A stretch of 62,964 nt of DNA, filler included, from Octopus bimaculoides (taxonomy: Eukaryota), in the NCBI RefSeq assembly GCF_001194135.2. It is 4 parts of 4 records of this genome, joined end to end, with 100 filler letters (N's around TTAATTAATTAA, not from the genome) between each part and the next. Parts side by side here need not be neighbours in the genome. Positions count along the whole stretch, not along the records: positions 1 to 31,825 come from NC_068982.1; 3 more parts are not named here. One strand, 5' to 3'. Both the position numbers and the translations under genes were made by a program. Within the stretch, counting starts at the first letter, position 1; each line of letters starts with the position of its first letter. Under the pieces are notes generated by a model. It was not told the origin of the DNA. It saw nothing but the letters and a program-made list of their open reading frames with translations, and did not search any database. Positions 11,048-25,120 of this stretch are shown piece after piece.

Positions 11048-12429
11048 TTTTCTTTCCCTTCCAACTATTGATTTCTCCCTCTCATTTCCAACACCTCAAA
11101 GATAGTGGAGACAATCATTAACAATCACATTTTCAATACTTTGAGTCCTCCTCCTACTTCAATGACTTCCAGGATGGCCTCCACAAAACCATATCTACTG
11201 GAAACCTGTTTGCCTATATCACACAACAGTGAGCCTTCATATTTGAAAAATATGATAAAAGCACTGTTGTGGCACTTTATAACCAGCAAAGAATTCAGCC
11301 ATGTAAACCATGTGAATCTCCAAGCAAAACTACTCACCCATGGGTGCCATCCATCTTTCATCCTCCTGAATCAGAAGCTGTTAGCCAGACCACACCATCA
11401 CAACATGCTGAAGAAGCTCTGTATCAACTGCACTCTGTCAACTCTGATATGTCCAAGCGTTCAGTTTTATACTTTCACACTCCTCCCCTCTCTTTCTCTC
11501 TCTCTCTCTCTATATATATATATTTATATACATCAATGACTTGCTTACAGTCACCTCCAATTACATCTACTTCTTTGCAGGCTACACACCTGTCATTCTG
11601 CCCCAGCCTTCTGCACCCAAGCATCTTCTATTCATAACCTAGACACCACACACTAAACTTGTATTTACTCCATGAACAGAGATCTCAAAAGCATTCCTCA
11701 ATGGTACCATGATAATTTTGTTTCCCTTCAACAATACAAAGATGCAATCACTACATCTATCAAGATATTTTACACTAGTCATCCTTTAAACATGAATAGC
11801 AAAGCTATAGAGATAGCCCTTTCTCCAAACTAGATCATTCGAAAAGAAATATTAAGCTGCACATAAAGTGAACCACACAAACGGAATTCTGTTAAAAGCA
11901 CCTAATGACTAACTTGAAATGTTAAACTGGGTGCTGTGCTATTCATATCACCTAACTTAACTGACAAGAATGTCTTTACGTGGTTGCTTGATTTACTAGA
12001 AACGATGACGAAATCTCCCTTAAAGTGCATATTCTAGCTTTACTTTCAGAAAAGAAAAATGACATATTGCATAATAGGAACTTTGGTGCACTGCACTTAG
12101 AAATAAGATGGGATAGCTATGGCCAGAATGTCTTAGACCATATAACTACTTGATTAGAGATGATCTGAGGCTAAGCAATAATTATAACAACAACTGATAA
12201 TTTTGTATTCATCTACAGCAGGGGTTTTCAAACTTTTTAACTTGCGGACCCCTTTATATTTCAGGCTTTACCCAGTAATCTACTGACAAATGGTGAATGC
12301 AGTAATGTACTGCAATGGTGCATGACACTCCACTTGACCTACAGTATGAAGTGAATCCTCTCACATAGGAAAAGAATGTAAAAATATATTTTGGTTTTTC
12401 AAAGAAAGTGATTAGTAAAATATTTATCG

Positions 12430-12640
12430 CTAATTTTGGGACAAGGCCAGCAATTTTATGGAGAGGGGTTTAGTCAATTACATTGATTCCAGTGCTTAAA
12501 CGGTACTTATTTTATCAACCCCCAAAAGGATGAAAGGCAAAATTGACCCCAGTAGAATTTAGACTCAGAACATAAAGAGCAAGAAGAAATACCATTCTGC
12601 ATTTTCCTGAGATGTTAAAAGTTCTGTTGGTTGATTACCT
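12430..12640 (-). mobile_element. SINE family A, degenerate
   Basis: tttgggacaaggcc...ggatgaaaggcaaa...gactcagaac. Confidence 0.65.
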
Positions 12641-14859
12641 TTAAAGAATATAGAATAATAGACCTCTTTGCGGAAGATTTTTTGGTTTGGTAAGAATCTA
12701 AAAAGATTTTTATAAATACTTTTGAAACTTAACTTACGGACTCACAAAATATCATTAACATACAATTATTCTTTCAATTGATGATGATTAACTTCTTTTA
12801 ATCTCTTAATTCATAATTAGGCTACAATTAGTTGTGAACTGTGCTGTAGCTATGAATATCTCTTGGGCCTCCATTGATTAAATTAACCATGCATGTGTAG
12901 CTCTGACTAAGATTTTTTGAGAAAGACAAACAATTTCCCATGTATGCAAATGGCTGCTGGCTTGAACCAGTACTGTTTGGCACCAGTGATAGTGCTGCTA
13001 TTGCTTGTCAGAATGCAAAAAGTGAAAACAGATACAGGACAGCATCCTGCTTCACCCTCAGTCTAACATTCTGGGTTGGTACTTTATTTTATCAACCCAG
13101 AAGAAAAAAATCAAGGGTCAAGTTGACCTCAGTAGGATTTGAACTTAAAAGCTGGAGATTTGGAGTACATACTATAGAGCCACTCTATCTAATACTCTAA
13201 AGACTCTGCCAGTTTGCTATCTTAGCTATGAATAATTGTATCTGTTAAAAGAACTGGCTGAAGGTACTGGCAACATGGATAGTTGCCTAGAATGTTGCAT
13301 GCTGGTAAGAGTAGGATGTGACTTGTTTGGTATTTTTGAAATGAAAGGGAAATATTTAGTATTTTGTCATAAATACTATTCAATATTTTGTTGTAAATAA
13401 TGAATTTCTACATCTAGAGGTTTTACTCCTTACAACCTTTAAAAAGATAAGACAAAAATATTTGTAAAATCATTGAAATTCAGCTTACTATGGATGCCAG
13501 TAACTCTAGGATTGGTCCTGGTTAAAACAAGAATTGATTGGTATTATCATAAGGACTGCTTTTTAAAATTATGTTCTAAGTTCAAATCTCAACCAGATCA
13601 ACTTTCACAAGTTTATGGCCTTGTGCCTAGGGTAGGGTAGAAATAGAGCTGAGATACGAGAATATTTGCTTTTTAGCATTTAGTTTTATTTCTTATTATT
13701 TTGCCTTAACATATCCAATAAATTTGATTAATTTATAAATGCAGTAACAGCTAAAGATCTATGGATTTACCCCACTGTGAAGTTTAGCATCAATATTCTA
13801 AGCTTGAATTTTGTTGGAATCTACTTTAGCTTTAACGTCTTTGGGGGCTAATAAATCAAGAACTTTTGATATATTAGGGTTAATCAAATACACAATACAA
13901 AACTGACTGTTTATATAAGAAACAGTTTTCATTTTCTATATATCTGCATTGTTGTTTTTGGTGAAAGATATGTTAAGTCAGCTTTGAAAAATATAGCCAT
14001 GAGCCATAACTCTAAATGGATAGTGAATCAATTGGTTGATATGCAGAAGAAATTATCTGGTATTATCAGCATGCAGGCATTCACCTGCAAAATGAAATTC
14101 ATTCAATGTGAAACACCCAGAGAGCAGAAGATGCTTTTGTACAAACACATGGACTAATGGCTCTTGTATTTTTTTAAGTACAGTTCTGAATTCAGGTTCT
14201 TTACTAAAGGAATCTTTCCTATTGGTGTTGAATCCCACTACCTGCTGCTCTTTAATCTAGGTAGTTCTCTAAGTGGTTCCCATAGTGCCATAGATATACA
14301 ATCACTGAGTTCAAAGCAGTAGAAAAAGTAAAACTAATATCAAATACACACAGCTTGATGGTATGCCAACAGCAGTATTGGTGTGAGTGAAAATTTGTCA
14401 ATAAGGTGGATAGTTTCAGTGCTTTTTTTTTGTTTGTTTCCTTTGAGAATGTATATGTAAATGTTAAATGCATCATCCTGGTTGTATAAGCAGTAGTCTA
14501 ACACAAGGAGTGAAAGACTATTGCTGGCCAATCGCTTTCATCTCGCTGTAGCCATTTTTATTAAATATCCTTAATTTAGTTTTAGCTATTTTAATAACAA
14601 TGAGGTATGGTTGTGTGGTTAAGAAGCTTACTTCTCAACCATTAAGTTCTGAGTTCATCCCACTGTGTGAATCTTAGACAAGTGTCTTCTACTATAGCCC
14701 CATGGCCCAGAGCCAACCAAAGGCTTGTGAGTGGATTTGGAAGAAAGAAACTAAAAGAAGCCTTAGCTTTTCAATATCTAGGATACTACCACTCATCTCC
14801 ACCTTCCCCTCTCAAATACTTCTTCTTAGTAGTGGGAGCCGTTTCCTCTTTCTCTGTTC

Positions 14860-15110
14860 TTTTCTGTTTTGCAAGCTGCATGGCAACCATACTTGTGTCA
14901 GTGACATGAAAAAAGCACCCTTTGCACTTTGTGAAATGGTTAGCATTGCATCCGGCTGTAGAAACCATGCCAAAGGTGACACTGGAGCTCAACATAGCCC
15001 TGCAGCTCGCCTGTTCCCTGTTAAACTGTCCTACCCATACCAGCATGGAAAGCAGACCTTAAATGATGGTGATGGTGATGACGACGACAATGGTGATGAT
15101 GACGGTGGGG
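14860..15110 (+). mobile_element. SINE family C, degenerate
   Basis: gcatccggctgtagaaaccatgcc...cagcatggaaagcagaccttaaatgat tail. Confidence 0.55.
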
Positions 15111-15869
15111 TGGGGGTGTAACTGGATGCCCTTCCCAGTGTCAGTCACTCTACAGAATGTATTGAGTGGATTTTACCATAGCACCAGTAATAGAGAAATT
15201 GCCATACCCTTGACCAGAGTCATGAATGTTCTGTAAAATTTATAAGAGAAATATTTCTAAAAGGTTGTTAGTTATTGCATTTGAAGGGGAAAAAATGTAA
15301 CATTAAAATTATTGAATATATTGTGTTAAATATATTACAAATACTTTTATTCAATTTCTGAAATAATTTTTGATGCTAAAAATTTCTGAACATTAGCAAG
15401 AAATCCTTTCATATTTAAACCCCGATTTTTCTGTTTTCTAAAAATAAAAAGACAAAAATACAAAATAAAACTAAAGCAGCATGAAAAAAAAAAAAAAAAA
15501 TCATGTTAAATTACCATTTGCAAACTTGTTTTATACTAATAGTTCAGAAAGGTTAATGGAAGCTTGACTCAAGAGAAATTACCATAATCAGATTTTAAGG
15601 TGTTACAGTTGGAGTAAATGGATTGGTTTGCCAATTGCATGTCCTTTCTTCTGAAACCCAAAGGAAAACGTAAAATCCCAGCATTACATTTACCTGCAGC
15701 TGAATAGAGCTAAGATAGTTAAATAGAATATCTTGCTTATGGAATCCTGAAATAGCTAAATATAAATAGCAAGTTTGATGAGTTACTGTGCCAACAGTGA
15801 ATTTGCTCACATGATAATAGCACAAAGCAGATTTGAATCTCTTCAAAATAATCCCAAATAATAAAGCCA

Positions 15870-16067
15870 GCCACAAGGCCTGAAATTTTGGAGGAGGGGG
15901 GGGGGTAGTTGATTACATTGACCCAATGTTCAACTGGTACTTATTTCATTAACTCTGAAAGGATGAAAGGCAAAGTCAACCTTGGCAGAATTTGAACTGA
16001 GAACATGAAGACAGATGAAATACCACTAAGCATTTTGCCACTTATACTAATGATTCTGCCAGCATGC
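15870..16067 (-). mobile_element. SINE family A
   Basis: Reverse family A; 5' end abuts (CAT)n. Confidence 0.8.
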
Positions 16068-16072
16068 TACCT

Positions 16073-16074
<2 letters not shown>

Positions 16075-16117
<43 letters not shown>

Positions 16118-16490
16118 GTCATCATCATCATTTAAGATCTGTTGTCCATGCTGGCATGGGTCGGATGGTTTGACTGGGCTGGTACGCTGGAAGGCAGTGC
16201 CAAGCTCCAGTCTGATTTGGCATGGTTTTCTACAGCTGGATACCCTTCCTAATGCCAACCACTCCGAGAGTGTAATGGGTACTTTTATGTGCCACCAGCT
16301 TGAGTGCCATTTGCATGACACCGGTATCTGCCATGACTATGACTTTGCTTGGCTTGATGGGTCTTCTTCTCAAGCATGACATAATGCCAAAGGTCTTGGT
16401 CATTGCCTCTGTGGGGCCCAACACATGAAAGGAACTCAGCCACCTCGCCTCTGTGAGGCCCAACACTTGAAAGGAACTCAGCCACTTTGC
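16075..16490 (-). mobile_element. SINE family C with internal ~44 bp tandem duplication
   Basis: (CAT)n tail then tttaa..tccatgctggcatggg; gcctctgtg.ggcccaacac.tgaaaggaactcagccac present twice. Confidence 0.7.
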
Positions 16491-16494
16491 CTCC

Positions 16495-16690
16495 ATTCAA
16501 ATTTTGGCACAAGACCAGCGATTTTGAGGGAGGGGTTAAGTTGATTACATTGACCCAGTGTCTAACTGGTACTTCTTTTATTGTCCCTAAAAGAAGAAAA
16601 GCAAAGCAAACCTTAGCAGAATTTGAACTCAGAGCATACATAAAGACAGACAAAATACTACTAAGCATTTTGCCCGTCATATTAACAACT
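16495..16690 (-). mobile_element. SINE family A
   Basis: ttcaaattttggcacaag...gcagaatttgaactcag...taagcattttgcccg. Confidence 0.75.
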
Positions 16691-16789
16691 CTGTTAGTAC
16701 ATTGCTTAGCTCTTCAAAATATAACAATGGCTTCAAATTTTGGCACAAGACCGGCAATTTCAAGGAAGGGGTTAGTGAGATTGCAGCTG

Positions 16790-17195
16790 TGGCCAATACC
16801 ATTGGTGCACAACCAGCCCATTAAAAAGTACCCTTAAATTGTTGGGTGATACGCTGTGCTTTAAAAGACCTGTTAAGTCAAGTGAAATCATAGTCATGGC
16901 CGATGCCAGTTCCACCTAACTGGCACTCATGCTGGTGGCACGTAATGTGCACCATTCAACCATGGTTCGATGCCAGTACCGCCTGGTTGGCTCTCCGTGC
17001 CGGTGGAACATAAAAAGCACCCACTACACTCTTGGAGTGGTTGGCATTAGGAAGGGCATCCAACTGTAGAAACATTGCCAGATCGGATTGGAACCTGGTG
17101 CAGCCTACTGGCTTGCCAGTCCTCAGTCAAACTATCCAACCCATGCCAGCATGGAAAACAGACGTTAAACGATGTTGATGATGATGATGATGATG
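16790..17195 (+). mobile_element. SINE family C, near full length
   Basis: aagcacccactacactc..ggagtggttggcattaggaagggcatcc...catggaaaacagacgttaaac(gat)n. Confidence 0.8.
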
Positions 17196-17675
17196 TTCAA
17201 CTGGTACTTATTTCATCGACCCCCATAAGGAAGAAAGGCAAAATCGACCTCAGTAAAATTTGAACTCAGAATGTTAAAGAGGGACGAAATATTGCTAAGC
17301 ATTTTGCCTCTAGTTCTAACAATTCTCTTCAAAATAATAATAATAAGAAAAAAATCCCTGAGATAGGCACAATGTTACATAATTTGGAGAATTGGTGTAG
17401 TATGTTAATTTTAATTTAAACCCCAAACCCAATGTCACTCATTTTAATGACCCTGCCCAAAATATGAAGAGCATAATGTTCTTAATTAAAGGCCTTCTCT
17501 TGTATGTTCAGAACATCTCATGGTATGAATACCAGACCAAAAAGGAGATTTATGGATATATTCAATCCATCTCTGCAATTGTTGCTCAGTGCAAAGTAGG
17601 TTTTGCTGGCCACTGATAATGTGCTGAGCGTCAGGCCATATTAAATGTTTTATTTTGGAAACTTGCACACCTTAA

Positions 17676-17895
17676 CCCTTTAGCATTTAAACCAGCCATA
17701 TATGGCCCAAAGATTCTACCTGCTTTATGTTCAAAGAAACCAGATCCAGCCTTTCACACATACCCTACAATGTCATTCTAAAAATAAACGATCACATCCT
17801 CAATATCTCAAAACTATGAGATAATGCATGATTAATTTTTAGAAATATGAATAAATAAGTATTACATTTGACACAGTAATCTGAATACTAAAGGG
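17676..17895. mobile_element. 220 bp piggyBac-like MITE, inverted relative to 2270-2489
   Basis: TTAA|CCCTTTAGCATT ... AATACTAAAGGG|TTAA. Confidence 0.85.
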
Positions 17896-18009
17896 TTAAT
17901 TAATGAGAAACACCACTCAACTATGTTGATGCCATTGGCAGTGACACTCTTCATGAAACACTGGGGACTTGACAAAGCTAATGGGGCCCAGAGGGCCCTG
18001 GTTTAGTGT

Positions 18010-18350
18010 TAAGAAGAAGAAGAAGGAAGAGGAGGAGGAGGGGAGGAGGAGGAAACGAATTAAAGGAGGAGGAGGAGAAGAAGAAGAATAGAAGAAGGAG
18101 GAGGAAGAGAAGAAGAAGAAGAAGAAGAAGAAGAATGGAAGAAGGAGGAGGAGAAGGAGGAGAAGGAGGAGGAGGAGGAGGAAGAGAAGAAGAAGAAGAA
18201 GAAAAAGAAGAAGACGAAAAAGAAGAAGAAGAAGAAGACGAAAAAGAAGAAGAAGAAGAAGACGAAAAAGAAGAAGAAGAAGAAGAAGAAGAAGAAGAAG
18301 AAGAAGAAGAATGGAAGAAGAAGAAAAGGAAGAATAAGAGAAGAAGAAGA
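18010..18350. repeat. (GAA)/(GGA) polypurine low-complexity tract
   Basis: Direct reading. Confidence 0.9.
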
Positions 18351-19170
18351 TGACAACATACCTTAATTTATCTTGAAACTATCCAAGTAAGAAATTTTAT
18401 TCTTAAACATAATCACTAAAATATGTTACGTTTACAGATTAATTAAGCCATAAAAGGCAACAAAGTAAGGTGTGTAGATATGCAGTGAAGGAAAAGTAAC
18501 GAGAAATTTCTGAAATGAATGGGCCAGTCCAACACATCAGAGATTTTTGCAAGGGACTAAAATTTTCAGCTAAACCCTTAATTAATTTTATTTTTGTTAT
18601 TGGTTTCAAAATGAACACAGTAATCTCAAATAAACTGCATCTCTTTTTAATCTGCATCTGAATTAAATGTAATTATGTTTCTTTTGAATTGTAGTTTAAT
18701 GACCCCCACCACAATTAATAAGAAGAAAAGAAAGGTTCTTATGATTAGCCATAGGAACCTATAATATTGATAGCGAAAAATATCTCCCTAGTACAAAGAA
18801 TATCACTTTTAACTTCTTGCAAAATATGAAACATCAACTCTCCCATCAAAGATCCTACTTTTTATTTTGCTACTTTGATCTCAGTTAAATCTCCTCATCT
18901 GCAAAAATCTATTGTTTTCTTTGTTCTTTTATTACTCTCACAAGTTATTACCCTTCATTTTGCCATCATTTCAAAACTAACCAATTCTTCTGATCTTGAT
19001 AATATATCAATCACCTTCAGGATTTCTAAAGTGGCCAAAATGCTAATTAATGATCCTTTCTTAAGATGGTTTAAACTTTTTCCCCGCTCTTTATTAATTT
19101 CTCCCTCCTTACTTTTATTAAAAATTCATCATTATTTTGGAAAGTTATTTTTTATCTTAATTTACCGTTC

Positions 19171-19297
<127 letters not shown>

Positions 19298-20359
19298 AGG
19301 TACAGTTTAAGAAAACAATTCAACTCTAACACAAGAGATCATTGACGCTAATGGTGTCCTCTTAATATCGTATGAACTTGCTAGCACTCAGAGAATCCAT
19401 CATCTCCCTGACACTGTCTTCTTCAAAAGTGAACTTCTGTAAGTCCTCATGGAACACGCATGCCTCTATGCAGATAACACAACCTTTCCATTTCTCCACA
19501 TCTTTCAAATTTATTATTCAGGTTACTTCTAATGCAATTTCTCTTCCGGAAACTGCTTGTCCTTAACGTTTTGCTACAACTACATCTGGTTTCCACTTTA
19601 AAATGAAAATGCATTTCAGGGCCGAATGGTTATTGACATTCTACAATGCCCAAGATATCTCTCAACATGTAGTTTAATCCTCATGACTCTATCACTGACA
19701 TCCTTTACAACTTTCATTAAAAAGCTTTGATCCTGAACAATAAAATTTCCTTTAAAACCCCACATCCCATCATCATCATTATTTTGTGTGTCTCTGTGAC
19801 TTTAGTAGAAATTATAATGGATTCTACTCTTCAGAACTTGCTGGCTGCATCCTATCTCTGCTCACTTTTCACTATGCATATTCTTTGTTTTTCAGAATAT
19901 TTTTTCCTCTCTTCTGCATTACATGTGGTCATTGAATTTGAGGCTACATTATGCTTTTGTTTCCATTTATTCTATAAAACTCAATTTAATTGCTCAATCT
20001 CAGCCAATTTCAATTTTCCTAGTCTGATAAAGGCATTAGCTTTGAGTAGTGTTGTGGTTTTTTTCTCTCTTTTCTTTTTTTTTTTTGTTTCTCTTTGAAA
20101 TAACATTAAAAATAGAGTTAAGAGTGAGTAATTTCATTGCATTTAATTTTACAGAGTTATTGGTAGAATCGTTAGAACATCAGACAAAATGCCTTTGTTG
20201 TAATTAATTAAAGTGTAAGTTCAAATCCTTGAGAGGTCATCATTATTTCTGGTCTTCTGAAAGGAATAAAATTAAGTACCAGATAACTATTGGGGTAGAT
20301 TTAATCAACTATACCCTCATTTCAAAATTTATGATCTTGTGCTAGTATTAGAAATATAA

Positions 20360-21818
20360 TCTATATATATAAAAATGAGAATGTGTGTATGTCTGTCTGT
20401 CTGTCTGTCTGTGTGAATCCCTAAAACTCGAGAACTACGCAACCAATTTCATTCAAATTTTACAGATGCCTTACTTAGGGTTCCAGTTGTGTTTTAGTCA
20501 AAATTTTTTTTAACTTCTTGCAGAGTTCGAGCCCACGGCAACATAATATCTCCTCCATTATTTAAGTATTACGTGTCAAAAGTGAAACAAAAACACTCAT
20601 GTCAAATACTTTCACTTTAAAAATGAAAATATTCTAACTGAAACAATCACATTTTGATACTGTAATGACAGATACTTTCAGAGAGAGANNNNNNNNNNNN
20701 NNNNNNNNNNNNNNNNNNNNNNNNNNNNNNNNNNNNNNNNNNNNNNNNNNNNNNNNNNNNNNNNNNNNNNNNNNNNNNNNNNNNNNNNNNNNNNNNNNNN
20801 NNNNNNNNNNNNNNNNNNNNNNNNNNNNNNNNNNNNNNNNNNNNNNNNNNNNNNNNNNNNNNNNNNNNNNNNNNNNNNNNNNNNNNNNNNNNNNNNNNNN
20901 NNNNNNNNNNNNNNNNNNNNNNNNNNNNNNNNNNNNNNNNNNNNNNNNNNNNNNNNNNNNNNNNNNNNNNNNNNNNNNNNNNNNNNNNNNNNNNNNNNNN
21001 NNNNNNNNNNNNNNNNNNNNNNNNNNNNNNNNNNNNNNNNNNNNNNNNNNNNNNNNNNNNNNNNNNNNNNNNNNNNNNNNNNNNNNNNNNNNNNNNNNNN
21101 NNNNNNNNNNNNNNNNNNNNNNNNNNNNNNNNNNNNNNNNNNNNNNNNNNNNNNNNNNNNNNNNNNNNNNNNNNNNNNNNNNNNNNNNNNNNNNNNNNNN
21201 NNNNNNNNNNNNNNNNNNNNNNNNNNNNNNNNNNNNNNNNNNNNNNNNNNNNNNNNNNNNNNNNNNNNNNNNNNNNNNNNNNNNNNNNNNNNNNNNNNNN
21301 NNNNNNNNNNNNNNNNNNNNNNNNNNNNNNNNNNNNNNNNNNNNNNNNNNNNNNNNNNNNNNNNNNNNNNNNNNNNNNNNNNNNNNNNNNNNNNNNNNNN
21401 NNNNNNNNNNNNNNNNNNNNNNNNNNNNNNNNNNNNNNNNNNNNNNNNNNNNNNNNNNNNNNNNNNNNNNNNNNNNNNNNNNNNNNNNNNNNNNNNNNNN
21501 NNNNNNNNNATCTTTGCCTCCACTGATTCACTTGCAAAGTGTTGAGTAAAATTATTTCGTTGCAGACCTCCTTTGGGTCTTTTTATTATCACTGCGACAC
21601 ACATAGTCCCCAGTTGGTAACATTGATTTCAAGGCCCTCCTAGATGAGAGACTGGCATTCCATTTAATGTCTATGTTCCATGCTGGCATGGATTGGAGAG
21701 TTATTAATGTAGAAATATGGTATCGTAGCTACTAACAGTTGAGGGTTGCATAGTCTAGATGGCGTTTTTAGATTTCATTATTCTCTTTAACCCGGGCAAA
21801 GCCGGGTATTTCTGCTAG
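20360..21818 (+). mobile_element. Putative non-autonomous Helitron spanning an N gap
   Basis: 5' a|TCTATATATATAAAAATGAG with (TGTC)n; 3' hairpin ACCCGG-gcaaag-CCGGGT then CTAG|t; A/T insertion site. The link between the two ends crosses the gap and is inferred. Confidence 0.55.
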
Positions 21819-21832
21819 TCATATATATATAT

Positions 21833-22400
21833 GGAGGTGCAGGCATATCTGTGTGGTAAGAAGCTTGCTTCCCAACCACATGGTTCAGGGTTCACTCCCA
21901 CTGAATAGTACCTTGAGCAAGTGTCTTCTACTGTAGCCTTGGGCTGAGCAAAGCTTTGTGAGTTGATTGTGTAAACAGAAACTGAAAAGAGCCTGTTTAT
22001 ACATACATACATTATATATCAGGAGTGGCTGTGTGGTAAGTAGCTTGCTTACCAAGCACATGGTTCTGGGTTCAGTCCCACTGTGTGGCACCTTGGGCAA
22101 GTGTTTTCTAAAGCCTTGGGCCGACCAAAGCCTTGTAATTGGATTTGGTAGACGGAAACTGAAAGAAGCTCATCATATATATATAGGTGTGTGTGTGTGT
22201 GTGTGTTTGTCCCCCACCATCGTTTGACAACCGATGCTGGTGTTTTTATGTCCCTGTAACATAGCAGTTCGGCAAAATAGACCGATAGAATAAGTACTAG
22301 GCTTACAAAGAATGAGTCCTGGGATTGATTTGTTCGACTAAAGGGGGTGCCCCAGCATGGCCACAGCTCATGAGCTGAAACTAGATAAAATGAAAATGAA
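21833..22400 (+). mobile_element. Partial plus full SINE family B copies in tandem
   Basis: aggagtggctgtgtggtaagtagcttgc...gggttcagtcccactg...ccagcatggccacag. Confidence 0.85.
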
Positions 22401-22401
22401 A

Positions 22402-22449
<48 letters not shown>

Positions 22450-22927
22450 TGTAACTATTATGCAAAAGTGTCGTAAGTCCAAAACATTGCTTTTTCAGAA
22501 AACGAAAAATAGCTTCACTATTTCATTTCTTTTTAAATCAGCAAGTTTCAGCTTAACCATAATATTTTGTTGGGTGCATAAAATTGTAACTCCTTACATG
22601 TATATTTTCAGTTGGAAATATTTTTGCAAAACTGTCATATGTGGGACTTACTACACTTTTGAAAAATACTAAACCATTGTACTACAATTTGACAATTTTC
22701 ATATCTTGGCATCTGAAGCCGCTGGAGATATGATAGTTTGTCCAAAAGAACTGGCTATTGCAAGCAAAATTAAATATTGAAAAAAAAAAAACACATTTCA
22801 CCAAATTTGGTTCATATACACGTATGCTATATACATAGATACATATATATACATATATACATATGTATCGGTAATATTGTGAATTTAGCTAGCTGTATAA
22901 AAGCAATTCTAATATTAAACTATTGAA

Positions 22928-23142
22928 AGTCAGCAAGCTGGCAGAATCATTAGCATGCTGGGTGAAATAATGCTTAGTGACATTTCATCTATCTTCAGAT
23001 TCTGAGTTCGAATTCCACCGAGATTAACTTTGCCATTCCTTCTCTCAGGGCTGATAAAATAAGTACCAGTTGAGTGCTGGTGTCGATGTAATCAACTTAC
23101 CCCTCTTCCAAAATTGTTAGCCTTGTGCCAAAATTTGAAATC
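22928..23142 (+). mobile_element. SINE family A with 15 bp target-site duplication
   Basis: aatattaaactattg at 22911-22925 and 23143-23157. Confidence 0.85.
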
Positions 23143-23744
23143 AATATTAAACTATTGCAGTGGACAGTGCACAAATTCCAATGGAATTTGCAGTGAGCTT
23201 TTATTTTATTTTCTTGCAGAAAGATACCTTATATACACACTGTGACAGGTCATATTTGCCTATGTAGACTAACAATAGTCTCCAGCCGTGCATTAAATTA
23301 TGCTTAGTTATCTAAACTGCTGCTCTGGCTGTTTAATTTAGTATTCAAGTTAAGCATCTGCATGTACTTAATAAATGGTTGTGGCACACAGTTGAGTTGC
23401 TGCTCTATAACACATGTAAATTTGTACGACTATTGTAGGACAAACAACAGGCATCCTTGATAGATGATTTAGTAATCAAACTGACTGATTGTTGGCTTTA
23501 ATTTGTTTTACGGATTGAAATTTTACTGCTCTGGCAAAGATTGAATAACATCTTTGAATGACATCGAATTTTTATAAATAACATAGAAGGAAAACATTAA
23601 ATTAAATAAAATAAAATAAAAGAGGAAGGAAAAACTGGAAGTCAGTTTTTTTGTGAGATGGAATTATTGGAAGATTTATATTCTTCTTAAAGATTTACTG
23701 TAAGATAATCTTGAAAAATTTTATTTTAAAATAATAGTAACAAC

Positions 23745-23802
23745 AACAATAATGATAATGACAACAACAACAACAATGACGATGATGATGAAAATGATGA
23801 TG

Positions 23803-23868
<66 letters not shown>

Positions 23869-23940
23869 GTAATAATAATAGTTGCTGCAACTACATCAAC
23901 TGTATCAGCAGCATCAGTATCACCATCAACAACAACTGCT
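23745..23940. repeat. (GAT)n and mixed trinucleotide tract
   Basis: Direct reading. Confidence 0.9.
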
Positions 23941-24344
23941 GTGTTATTGGAAAGAAACTATTAATCAATTTTGATGGAAAAACTATTGATCACATCTGAT
24001 AGATTTAAACATGTGCTGTTGATAAGTCTGAAAATCAAACCAATTTGTATTGGCAAAAAAAAACACAAAAAACAAAAAAATCAATGGTATTATAAAACTA
24101 TGAACATAAATACCTTCTGTCTAACATTACTTAGGCACAGACATGCAGTTGCTTGACCTACTAAAAATAAGAGTCAAATTCCCTCAAGATCACATCTTAA
24201 CTTTTTAGCATTTAAACAAGCCATATCTGGCACAAATATTCTGTTTTATGTTCTAATATCTATTTTATGTTCTAAATATGTTTTATGTTCTAATGGGCCA
24301 GATCTGGCCCCTTACACCAACCTTATAATGTCTTTCTAAAAGTA

Positions 24345-24705
24345 TGTCCATACCAGCAGAGTCTTCTTTCTTGAGCACAACATCTGATTTCTCTTATACT
24401 CAGTTTCTCACTCAGCACTTTTGAACTAATTCTTTCATGCACACTGATATTGCACATCCAGTGGAGTAGACTCACTTTATTTCTCTTCAGTCTTCTCAAG
24501 TCCTCTGCATTCAAGGCTCATGTTTCACTACCATGAAGCATTGCAGTTCTAACACAAGCATCATACAATCTACTCTTCACTATTAGGGAAAAGATCTTTG
24601 TTGTCAACAGTGGTAGTAGGTCCCTGAACTTTCTCCAGCCAATTTTTCCGACTCTAGTAACTATACTTTCAGAGCAACCACCTCCCTTACTAATTGCGTC
24701 TAGCT
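24345..24705 (-). mobile_element. RTE-clade LINE reverse transcriptase C-terminal fragment (pseudogenised)
   Basis: GGGCSESIVTR..GWRKFRDLLPLL...RLYDACVRTAMLHGSET*ALNAEDLRRLKRN...QERRLCWYGH. Confidence 0.85.
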
Positions 24706-24739
24706 AAAGAAAGCTATTAGCTATTTGTAAAACAATATG

Positions 24740-25120
24740 AACAAGAGCACTCAGAGAGTGCAAACCTCCACCAAAGCAACACCAACGTCCTCTCAACGAT
24801 TAGTTAGAGACAATTTTTGAAATGAGAATATCTGAAATAAACTCAACTGCTCTCACATTCAAAAATACTAAAAATGAACCCGACAACTCTCAAAAATTAC
24901 GTTAAAAACAGGAAAAACAATCCAGAATCCTTGTCTGGTACAGGATCGATCCCAAAATCTAATCAGTTCATGCCAGTTATGAGGCCAAAAATCCCTGAAA
25001 GTTTCATCTGAATCCATCCAGCGGTTTTTGAAAGATCTTGTCCATGGACAAGCACACAAATAAACAAACAAACAAACACGACTGAAAACAATACCTCTGC
25101 CTTCGCTAAGGTGGAGTTAA
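24740..25120 (-). mobile_element. Second DINE-1/HINE-like element
   Basis: Colinear with 9040-9410, same terminal structures. Confidence 0.7.

Noticed and set aside
11050-11700. Possible degenerate LINE remnant (weaker traces also at 19330-19600, 29880-30340 and 43300-44100)
   Set aside because: Only scattered motif-like residues; family and limits cannot be supported by eye
18006-18353. Arg/Glu-rich 115 aa ORF
   Set aside because: Translation of a (GAA)/(GGA) tract
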